The notes under the pieces: generated by a model
Database searches by the model: none
What the model was told of the DNA's origin: nothing
The model's input: only the letters and a program-made list of their open reading frames with translations
In this document: piece after piece, positions 1-7,852 of the stretch
Position numbering within the stretch: position 1 is the first letter of the stretch
Layout of the letters: each line of letters begins with the position of its first letter
Made by a program: the position numbers and the translations under genes
Assembly (NCBI GenBank): GCA_041946805.1
Contig: JBHGBC010000026.1
Coordinates: forward strand, 1-51,133
Length of the DNA stretch: 51,133 nucleotides
Direction: 5' to 3'
From: a bacterium
GTDB taxonomy: Bacteria > Hinthialibacterota > Hinthialibacteria > Hinthialibacterales > Hinthialibacteraceae

Positions 1-2
1 CG

Positions 3-218
3 TTGATGAAGAGCGCGCCCAATCCCCTGGCGTTCACGTGCGTGCTGGCGTCGGTGAGCGCGGGCCTGTACGCGGGATGGCTGATGGGCCGCTCCGTGGC
101 GCGGTGGCTTACGCCGGAAGGGATCAAACCGGAAGCGATGAAATACGAATATCCCGGCATTCAGCAATGGATGGAACGGGAATGGCCCATGAACTGCAAG
201 CCTGAGCATGTCCGGTAA
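3..218 (+). CDS. Probable 3' end of a membrane protein cut by the window edge (or a small membrane protein)
   Basis: Frame is open from the window start and has one hydrophobic segment (LAFTCVLASVSAGLYAGWLMG). It stops 23 nt before the GrpE-like gene on the same strand. Confidence 0.5.
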   Translation: MMKSAPNPLAFTCVLASVSAGLYAGWLMGRSVARWLTPEGIKPEAMKYEYPGIQQWMEREWPMNCKPEHVR

Positions 219-241
219 ACCGGAATCGAGGATGGGGCATC

Positions 242-715
242 ATGTTTGAGAGTTTACGGCAACTGCGGTTTCCCAAGGAGTTCCGGATTTCCCAGCCCCT
301 GTGGCCCGCGAATGTCTTAGATTCAGCGGACGACTACATCCGGCTGCTGAAATCGCCCAACGGGGACAACAAGGATTTGCTCCGGTTCCTGGTGGAGACC
401 GGCAACGGATTGTTCCGCATCGAGAACCGGCTGAACACGATCGAGGCGCCGGGCAAGGAGATCCGCAGCGCGTTGCGCTTTTTGGAATCAACCCGCGATG
501 TGCTGCGGCAGGCGGGCATCGAGTTCCGCGGCCACACGGGCGAGAGAATCACGGGGGGAGAGGCCCTGAAAATCGTGACCTTCGAAGTGCGGGCGGATCT
601 GCCCCAGGAACAGGTGATCGAGACAATCAAGCCGACGATTTACTATAAGGGCAAGATCATTCAGATGGGGGAAGTGGTGGTGGGGAAGCCGGACCGGCCA
701 CCGGAGACCCGGTAA
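242..715 (+). CDS. GrpE-like nucleotide exchange factor (short)
   Basis: Helical bundle followed by a GrpE-type C-terminal beta head (GIEFRGHTGER...VIETIKPTIYYKGKIIQMGEVVVG). Lies directly upstream of an Hsp70. Confidence 0.7.
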   Translation: MFESLRQLRFPKEFRISQPLWPANVLDSADDYIRLLKSPNGDNKDLLRFLVETGNGLFRIENRLNTIEAPGKEIRSALRFLESTRDVLRQAGIEFRGHTGERITGGEALKIVTFEVRADLPQEQVIETIKPTIYYKGKIIQMGEVVVGKPDRPPETR

Positions 716-809
716 GGCGGGCCGCGGAGGATCAGGCGGGGGGAAGCGCGAAAGCGGGGTGGGAGACCCGAAGGATGATCTCCACGAGAGTCAGGGAGGG
801 ATCCGCATC

Positions 810-3290
810 ATGAGGACCACGATCGATTACGGGATCGACCTGGGGACGACGAACAGCAGCATCGCGTTGCTGGAGGGGACCGAGGTCAAGGTGTTCGAGA
901 ACAACGAAGGGCAGAACTATACCCCGTCGGTGGTTTGGCTGGACAAGAAAGAACGTCTCTATGTGGGACGGCGGGCCAAGAACCAGCTGGAGTGCGATCC
1001 GGATAACGCGTTCAGCGAATTCAAGTTGCAGATGGGGACTTCGCAACTCTACACCTTCAAACGCAGCGGGCGGGCGATGAAACCGGAGGACTTGTCGGCG
1101 GAGGTGTTGAAATCGCTGCGGGACGACGTGCGGCAACGCAACGGCGAGCAGATAGCGGCGGCGGTGATCACCGTGCCGGCGGCGTTCGAATTGCCCCAAT
1201 GCGAGGCGACGGCGCGCTCGGCGCGGCTGGCGGGACTGACGGTCTCTCCCCTGCTGCAAGAGCCGGTGGCGGCCGCCCTGGCTTATGGATTCCAAAGCGA
1301 AAGCGACCGGACCTTCTGGCTGGTGTATGACATCGGCGGCGGGACCTTCGACGCGGCGATCATTCACCTGCGGGACGGATCGATCCAGGTGGTGAATCAC
1401 GGGGGAGACAACCACCTGGGAGGCAAACTGATCGACTGGGAGATCGTCGACCAGCTGCTGGCTCCCGCGTTGCGGCGGGAGCACCGCCTGAGCGATTTCG
1501 AGAGGGGAAACGAGCGTTGGCGCGCGGTGTTCGCCAAGCTGAAACTGCACGCGGAAGAGGCCAAGATCCAGTTGTCGCGGGACGAGGCGACGCAGATTTA
1601 CATCGATCCCCTTTGCCAGGACGACCGGGGAGATTGGGTGCAGTTCGATTATGAACTGCGGCGGCGGGACATCGAGCCGCTGGTCGAGCCGTATATCGAG
1701 CGGTCGATCAACATCTGCAAACGGGTGATGGCGGAAGAGAACCTGGGTCCGGACGACATCGCCAAGGTGTTGCTGGTGGGCGGCCCGACGCTCAATCCGA
1801 TGGTGCGGGAGATCCTGTCCAGCCGGCTGAAGATCGAACTGGATTACCGCATCGATCCCCTCACGGTCGTGTCGCGCGGCGCGGCGGTGTTCGCGGGCAC
1901 GCAGCGGCTGCAGGAAGAAGCGCGGCCGGTGATGAAGACCGGCCAGTACTTCATCCACCTGGAATACAAGCCGATCGACAACGATCCCGAACCGTTGGTG
2001 GCGGGCAAAGTGGAAGCGCCGGACGAAGACATGAGTTGTTGGACCATTGAATTCGTGGAATCGAAGAGTCAATGGCGGAGCGGATTGATTCAACTCACTC
2101 CACACGGGGCTTTCATGACCAGTTTGCGGGCGGAACGGGGCCGGCCGAACGAATTCCTGATCGAGTTGCGGGATGGGGAAGGCCGCCTGTTGGAGATCAT
2201 GCCGGACCGCTTCACCTATACCCTGGGGGCCACGATCTCGGCGCAGCCGCTGATCCATTCCATCGGCGTGGCGCTGGCGAACAACGAGGTGCGGGTTTTC
2301 ATGGAGAAAGGCTGCGACCTGCCCGCGCGGCGCCGGGAAGTGTTCCGGACCACGACGGAACTCAAAAAAGGCGAGACGGGCACCTTCCTGCGAATCCCGG
2401 TGGTGGAGGGCGAGGACCGCAACCGGGCCGACCGCAACCGGCTGATCGGCAACCTGGTGGTGACTGGCGGATCGGTGCGGCGGGATATGGCCACCGGCAG
2501 CGAGATCGAAATCACGGTGGTCGTGGATGAATCGCGGCGGGTCCACACCCTGGCCTATATTCCCGTCTTGGATGAGGAATACGAAGAGGTCTTGCAGTTG
2601 GAGAAGCCCGAGATTCTGCCGGCGGACCTGGCTTACGACGCGCACATCGAGACCGAGCGTCTCCATCAGCTGGAGGTCAAGGTCCAGCAGTTGGACAACG
2701 CCGAAGCCCTGGCCATCCTGGACCGGCTCGAGCGGGAACGGATGATGCACGATATCGAGTCGTCGCTGGCGGCCTCGCCTGTGGACCGCGACGCGGCGGA
2801 CAAATGTCAGAGCCGGCTGCTGGATTTGAAACGCGCCCTGGATGACATCGAGTACCTGATCGAATGGCCGGAGTTGGTGGAAAAGGCGAATCAGCTGATC
2901 TCACAGACCCGCGCCGCGGTGGACGCCCAGGGCAACACCAGCCTGCGGCCCTTGCTGACCATCACCGCCCGGGAAATCGAGGAGGTTATCGAGAACCACG
3001 ACACGGCCGGCCTGAAGCAGAAAATCAAGAAGATGCACGAAATCCACACCCAGGTGCTGGCCGAGGATCCCGGTTTCTGGGTGGAGTATTTCAATTATCT
3101 GTGCGACAAGCAGGGCGGCATGCGCGACACGGGGGCGGCCGAGAAATTGATCGCTCAAGGCAAACAGGCCATCCAAAACAACAATCTGGACGGATTGGAA
3201 ACCGCGGTCCGGCGCCTGGTCACGCTCTTGCCTGTGGCTGAACAGACGGAGATCCGGGATTTGCGCAGCACAGTCATGCCCCGGTACTGA
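810..3290 (+). CDS. Hsp70/DnaK-family protein, atypical paralog (826 aa)
   Basis: NBD motifs GIDLGTTNS, ITVPAAF, QEPVAAALAYG, VYDIGGGTFD and LLVGGPT. SBD-like PLIHSIGV...LPARRREVFRTT, then a long helical tail. ATG at 810 follows a GGAGG RBS. Confidence 0.92.
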   Translation: MRTTIDYGIDLGTTNSSIALLEGTEVKVFENNEGQNYTPSVVWLDKKERLYVGRRAKNQLECDPDNAFSEFKLQMGTSQLYTFKRSGRAMKPEDLSAEVLKSLRDDVRQRNGEQIAAAVITVPAAFELPQCEATARSARLAGLTVSPLLQEPVAAALAYGFQSESDRTFWLVYDIGGGTFDAAIIHLRDGSIQVVNHGGDNHLGGKLIDWEIVDQLLAPALRREHRLSDFERGNERWRAVFAKLKLHAEEAKIQLSRDEATQIYIDPLCQDDRGDWVQFDYELRRRDIEPLVEPYIERSINICKRVMAEENLGPDDIAKVLLVGGPTLNPMVREILSSRLKIELDYRIDPLTVVSRGAAVFAGTQRLQEEARPVMKTGQYFIHLEYKPIDNDPEPLVAGKVEAPDEDMSCWTIEFVESKSQWRSGLIQLTPHGAFMTSLRAERGRPNEFLIELRDGEGRLLEIMPDRFTYTLGATISAQPLIHSIGVALANNEVRVFMEKGCDLPARRREVFRTTTELKKGETGTFLRIPVVEGEDRNRADRNRLIGNLVVTGGSVRRDMATGSEIEITVVVDESRRVHTLAYIPVLDEEYEEVLQLEKPEILPADLAYDAHIETERLHQLEVKVQQLDNAEALAILDRLERERMMHDIESSLAASPVDRDAADKCQSRLLDLKRALDDIEYLIEWPELVEKANQLISQTRAAVDAQGNTSLRPLLTITAREIEEVIENHDTAGLKQKIKKMHEIHTQVLAEDPGFWVEYFNYLCDKQGGMRDTGAAEKLIAQGKQAIQNNNLDGLETAVRRLVTLLPVAEQTEIRDLRSTVMPRY

Positions 3291-3376
3291 TTTCCGGGGT
3301 GTGTCCGGCCCCGGGAGAGTCCGGGGAGCTCGGTTGCCATCCGGGAGGGGGAACCGGTTAGAAACGGAAAATCTCC

Positions 3377-4366
3377 ATGAGCAACGATTCCTTCATCAAC
3401 TCGTTGATCATCGCCAAGGCGGCCATGCTGGCGCGCCAGGGGATGCTGAGCAAGGCGGAGGAGTTGTTGACGCCCATGGTCCAGGGCGAGGGTGATTCGA
3501 TCGAAGCGGTCAACCTGCTGGCGAAAATCCACGCGCAGCAGGGATCGATACCTGAGGCGAAGGACTTGTGGACCCGGATTCTGGAACGGGATCCGTACAA
3601 CACGGCCGCGGCCAAGGCGCTGGAACGTTGCGTCCGGTTGCGGGAACGCCGGCGGCGGCCGCGGATGAATTATCTGGTGCATCTCTCCGTGGTGGCGGTG
3701 GCCGGGGTGATTGCCGCCTTTCTGTGGATTCAGCCGCCCGCCGGGAACGGCGAATGGCTGGCGTCTCCCTTCACCGCGCTAGGCAACGCTTCCGGCAAGA
3801 CCGCCGCCGCCGACGAAGCCGGCGAGGAATCTCCGGCGACTTCACCGTCTCTGAAAACCAGCCAGGGAGAAAACGGCAACGGAAGGGAAGGCGGGGAGAA
3901 AGCTTCCGCCAGCCGGTCGTGGATGAAAAAAATCCTGGCCTCTCTGCCGTTTTACACCGATCCTTCGCCCATGGCGGGATTGACCCGCACCGCGCGGACG
4001 GAACGGATCGAGCAAGCCGTGCGGGAGAACTCCCAGTTTCAGGGAATGGACCTGCAGGTAGGTGAAGACCAGGGATCGATTTACGTAGTCGGCGCGGTTC
4101 CCACGTGGCCGGTGCGCCGCAGAGTAGAGCGGTATGTGAAGGAACAAGCGGGCAAGGTGTATGTGGATGTGAACAAGGTGATATTGACCGGTGTGTACGT
4201 CACGCAAGCGGGCGACACGCCGCGGGGAGTGGCGGAAAAACTGTATGGAACGGCTTCCCAGGCCAGTAAAATCATGGAACTCAATCACTTGCCGATGGCG
4301 GGCGGCCTCCGGGCGGGGATGAAATTAATCCTGCCGGGCACGGCGTCACCCGCGTCCCGGCGATAA
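3377..4366 (+). CDS. TPR - transmembrane - BON - LysM protein
   Basis: N-terminal TPR (EAVNLLAKIHAQQGSIPEAKDLWTRILERDP), Arg-rich stop, TM helix, BON-like domain (IEQAVREN...VVGAVPT...), C-terminal LysM (YVTQAGDT...AEKLYG...LRAGMKLILP). Confidence 0.82.
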   Translation: MSNDSFINSLIIAKAAMLARQGMLSKAEELLTPMVQGEGDSIEAVNLLAKIHAQQGSIPEAKDLWTRILERDPYNTAAAKALERCVRLRERRRRPRMNYLVHLSVVAVAGVIAAFLWIQPPAGNGEWLASPFTALGNASGKTAAADEAGEESPATSPSLKTSQGENGNGREGGEKASASRSWMKKILASLPFYTDPSPMAGLTRTARTERIEQAVRENSQFQGMDLQVGEDQGSIYVVGAVPTWPVRRRVERYVKEQAGKVYVDVNKVILTGVYVTQAGDTPRGVAEKLYGTASQASKIMELNHLPMAGGLRAGMKLILPGTASPASRR

Positions 4367-4400
4367 GAAAAGCAGTTCATTATGTGGCCGATGCCAGAAC

Positions 4401-4434
4401 GGGAGGGCGTGGATTGGGGGATCCACGCCCTTCC
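4401..4434. terminator. Hairpin between convergent genes, possible terminator
   Basis: gggagggcgtggat-tggggg-atccacgcccttcc inverted repeat; no clear U-tract. Confidence 0.4.
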
Positions 4435-4451
4435 GCCATGTATGGATTCGT

Positions 4452-5282
4452 TCATCCCAGCAGGGCGGTGAGATGCTTGAAACTTTTGGCCGCCTGGTCC
4501 GGCGTGCCGCATTCGACGGAGAAGACGATGTCGCGCGGAGTTTTCCGGCGGACAATGTCAATGATCCGGGCCCAGTCGAGCACGCCCTCCCCGCAGGCGC
4601 AGCCCACGGCGGTCCCGGTGACCTTGCCGCGTTCTTCCCCCGCCTGCGAAACGGAGATGTCCTTGGCGTGCAGATGCACCAGGCGGCCGGCCACGCGCTC
4701 CAGCCAGGCATAGACGTCATGGCCGCACAAAAAGGCGTTGCCGGTATCGAAGTTGATGCCGATGGCGGGGGATTTTACCAGATTATACAAACGGTCGAGG
4801 CCGTCCGGGGTGCGGGAATACTGGGCGTGAGGTTCGAGGCCGATCTTGACGCCCCGGCGCTCGGCGATGAAGGCCGCTTCCTGCAGGGTGTACTTGATCA
4901 GCACGTGGTCTTCCTCCTCGGTGGTCCACTTGGCCTTGATGCCCTCGTCGGTGTTGACCACGGGCACGCCGATTTCCGCGGCCACGCGGATGGCCATCTT
5001 GATGTACTCGCCGTGCACATCGGGGCGCCCGAGGGGTCCGTGGGCTTGCAGGCCGGAGATGATGAGCCCGGCCTTGACGCAGGCTTCCTTGATCCGCCAG
5101 GGATCGTCGAACATGGAAACGGTATGGTAGTAGCCCGCCTCGCTCATCAATTCGCGCCCGAAATGGACCATTGGTTCAAAGAACTTGAATCCCATTTCGG
5201 CGGCTTTTTGCACCGCCCACTCGAAGGGTTTGTCGGAACTGCGGGAAAATTCCGCGTTGAGTCCCACGTGAATGTTGGCCAT
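4452..5282 (-). CDS. Sugar phosphate isomerase/epimerase family (xylose-isomerase-like TIM barrel)
   Basis: Metal ligand pattern IGLEPH, INFDTGN, VHLHAKD, FSVE. Confidence 0.85.
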   Translation of the reverse strand: MANIHVGLNAEFSRSSDKPFEWAVQKAAEMGFKFFEPMVHFGRELMSEAGYYHTVSMFDDPWRIKEACVKAGLIISGLQAHGPLGRPDVHGEYIKMAIRVAAEIGVPVVNTDEGIKAKWTTEEEDHVLIKYTLQEAAFIAERRGVKIGLEPHAQYSRTPDGLDRLYNLVKSPAIGINFDTGNAFLCGHDVYAWLERVAGRLVHLHAKDISVSQAGEERGKVTGTAVGCACGEGVLDWARIIDIVRRKTPRDIVFSVECGTPDQAAKSFKHLTALLG

Positions 5283-5325
5283 GATTGGATCTCCTCGTAA
5301 GCATGCCGGAGAAATCCGGCGGATG

Positions 5326-6624
5326 TCAGATCAGATCCCAGGGCTTGCGGGGCGCGCGGGACAAATAGCGGGCCGCTTCCGGATCGCCGAGGATGGTCTG
5401 GTTCTGGTTGTCCCACTGGATGGACCGCCCCGTCCGGAAGGCGATATTGGCCAGGTGGGCGGGGATGCCGGAGAGGTGGCCGGTTTCGACATCGGAATCG
5501 GTGATCTTCCGGCTTTTGAGGCTGTCCAGGAATTTTTGCTTGTGCTGCAGGTCCATCCCCCGGTTTTCGCCGATGACGGGCGTCTTGCGGTCTTTCTCCG
5601 TGTAGTGCTCGTAGCGGGAGCGGTTGACGAAAAGGGTTCCCTCGGCGCCGAAGAAATAGATGCCATGGTCGGCCTCGCCATGCAGGGGATAGCCGTTGGC
5701 CTGGCGGAGGGAATAGGTCATGGTGTAGCCGGGACAGTCGAACACGGCTTCCAAGGTGTCCGGCGTGTCGACGTTGTGCTTGTAGAAATATTTCCCGCCG
5801 GAAACCGAGACCCGGTTGATCTCATGGCCCATAACCCAGGATACGATGTCGAAAAGATGGACGCCCCAGGACGTGGTCATCCCGCCGCAGTAGTCCCAGT
5901 TGAAGTAATGGGTGATGTGGAAGCGGTTGACGTTAAAGGGCCGTTTGGGCGCGGGACCGAGCCACATGTCGTAATCGACGCCCTCGGGGGGATCGGAATC
6001 GGGTGGATTGCCCAGGCCGTCCGGTCCTTTGTGGAACATTTCGTATATGCCCCAGTTGTTAAAGCAATGGACGGTGGTGATTTGGCCCAGTTTGCCGGAA
6101 CGGACGATTTCCGCCGCCTCGATGAAATGCGGCCCGCTGCGCTGCTGCAAGCCGATCTGCACCACGCGCTGGTGCTCGCGGGCCGCCTGCACGGCCAGGG
6201 TCTCTTCGTGGAGGTTGTGACCCAGGACTTTTTCGACATAGACATCCTTGCCGGCCCGGCAGGCGAGGACGGTGATGGTGCAGTGCCAATGGTCGGGCGT
6301 GGCGATGACCACGGCGTCGATGTCTTTCTGGTCCAGCATCCCGCGGAAATCCTTGAACGTCCGGACGCCGCCGCCGATGCGTTCCTTCCACTGCGCGAGG
6401 CGGCTGGAATCCACGTCACCGAGCGCGGCGATGTTCACGCTGTCCATTTTCTGAAAGTCGCGGAGATGGTCGCCGTTGCGCCAGCCGAGGGCGATGAAGC
6501 CCAGGTTGACCTTTTCGTTGGCTCCCGCCGCGCCGAACGCGGGAGGCGTCTTGGAAGCAAGGCACAGGCCCAGGGTTCCTCCCGTGGTCCGCATGAAATC
6601 GCGCCGGTCGAGTTGAGTAAACAT
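5326..6624 (-). CDS. Tat-exported Gfo/Idh/MocA oxidoreductase
   Basis: Twin-arginine signal DRRDFM; DAVVIATPDHWH, KDVYVEKV, QIGLQQRS, YDMWLGPAP and WGVHLFD. Start taken at ATG 6624. Confidence 0.9.
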   Translation of the reverse strand: MFTQLDRRDFMRTTGGTLGLCLASKTPPAFGAAGANEKVNLGFIALGWRNGDHLRDFQKMDSVNIAALGDVDSSRLAQWKERIGGGVRTFKDFRGMLDQKDIDAVVIATPDHWHCTITVLACRAGKDVYVEKVLGHNLHEETLAVQAAREHQRVVQIGLQQRSGPHFIEAAEIVRSGKLGQITTVHCFNNWGIYEMFHKGPDGLGNPPDSDPPEGVDYDMWLGPAPKRPFNVNRFHITHYFNWDYCGGMTTSWGVHLFDIVSWVMGHEINRVSVSGGKYFYKHNVDTPDTLEAVFDCPGYTMTYSLRQANGYPLHGEADHGIYFFGAEGTLFVNRSRYEHYTEKDRKTPVIGENRGMDLQHKQKFLDSLKSRKITDSDVETGHLSGIPAHLANIAFRTGRSIQWDNQNQTILGDPEAARYLSRAPRKPWDLI

Positions 6625-6708
6625 GACGATACCCCCTTGTGGAATCATTCCCGCGGAAGTGGAAACGCGGACGGAATTCATGGATTACAGAATGCCAAAC
6701 TAACGTAT

Positions 6709-6741
6709 CCCCTGCCCTCTGGGAGAGGGTAAGGGTGAGGG
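6709..6741 (+). repeat. PIT/BoxC-like triplex/G4 repeat, copy 1
   Basis: cccctgccc-tct-gggagaggg-taa-gggtgaggg. Confidence 0.85.
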
Positions 6742-6866
6742 AAAACCATAATTTGCCCCGTCACACCCTGCTCTCTTCTGAGGGATGCGTGAAAATCACC
6801 GTGCTTCCATGATCAGGCGGATTCCCTTACATTCCCCCCGCGGCCCATTACGGAATCCGGATCCCC

Positions 6867-7436
6867 TCACTTGAACGGATACCGGTTTTCCCAGGCCGCG
6901 TCGAGTGGCGTACAGAGCGTCCCCTGGCTGACGAGGCCGTTGCTGATGTCATAGGGGAGCGAATATTCACGGACCTTGTCCATGTCCGGTCCCACGGACC
7001 GGCAGAAAAAGGCCGCGTTTTTGTGTTCATTGGCATAGCGGACCGCGGCGGGATCGCCCACGGCCATGAATTCGCTGCGCATCTGGACTCCCGGTTCCTC
7101 GTGGTACTGGCCCTTGTACCAGCCGATGGTGGCGGCGTCGGTGACGCCTTCTTGCTGGAAGGGATCTTGCAGCGAAGTCGTGAGGTAGGCGATGGGAGTG
7201 GTGACGAAGCGGTGCTGGGCGAGGTCGCCGTCGATGTGCGGCGGCCAGGCGCCGTTGTCGAGGCGGTATAAGGTGTAGGCATTATTGATGGATTTTTCTT
7301 CCGAATACACGCGGGCGATCAGGGCGCGCAGCCGGGCGTTGAGGAAGTTGGGAACGGCGATGGCGGCGAGGATGCCGATGATGGCGACGACGATCAAGAG
7401 TTCGATCAAGGTAAAGGAGGGTGTTCGGGATTTCAT
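6867..7436 (-). CDS. Prepilin-type N-terminal cleavage/methylation domain protein (GspG/pilin-like)
   Basis: S|FTLIELLIVVAIIGILAAIAVPNF, YRLDNGAWPP and C-terminal YDISNGLVSQG. Start ATG 7436. Confidence 0.88.
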   Translation of the reverse strand: MKSRTPSFTLIELLIVVAIIGILAAIAVPNFLNARLRALIARVYSEEKSINNAYTLYRLDNGAWPPHIDGDLAQHRFVTTPIAYLTTSLQDPFQQEGVTDAATIGWYKGQYHEEPGVQMRSEFMAVGDPAAVRYANEHKNAAFFCRSVGPDMDKVREYSLPYDISNGLVSQGTLCTPLDAAWENRYPFK

Positions 7437-7640
7437 GTGCACAGACCTGCTTCCAAAAAAGATGAGCAATTCAGTATGATATAGCATGGCATGATCCGGA
7501 TTGCTTTGTCAAGAAAAGATCGGTTGTTAGGCCAATTTCCGTGTGGTTTGATCGAATGATCCTTTATGAATATTTAACTATATATAAGGTTCATCCGAGA
7601 AGTGCGTATCGGAAGAAGTAAAATTGATTCCATCCGCCAC

Positions 7641-7713
7641 GGGGCGAGGGTGGACACCCAGGTCCGCCCCTGCCAAAATTCCCTCACTCTAGCCCTCTCC
7701 CAGAGGGAGAGGG
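7641..7713 (-). repeat. REP-like palindrome (7641-7671) plus PIT/BoxC-like repeat copy 2 (7681-7713)
   Basis: gggtggac-accca-ggtccgccc hairpin, then ccctcactc-tag-ccctctccc-aga-gggagaggg. Confidence 0.75.
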
Positions 7714-7852
7714 GATTTCGAGTGGCTCTCTCCAACCCGTTGAATCGATGTCCGGTCACGTTCCCAGATAAATGTACGCACATGCCGGATGAACCAAATA
7801 TCCTGTCATCCTTGAAGACAAGTCCTCAACGGAATCCAGTTGATGTCCTGAA

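Noticed and set aside
732..2750. 672-aa antisense ORF opposite the Hsp70
   Set aside because: Shadow ORF from GC-rich codon bias, well known opposite Hsp70 genes; no recognisable motifs.
810..3290. Calling the gene housekeeping dnaK
   Set aside because: It lacks the canonical linker and has a large insert and tail; no hrcA or dnaJ is visible in the window.
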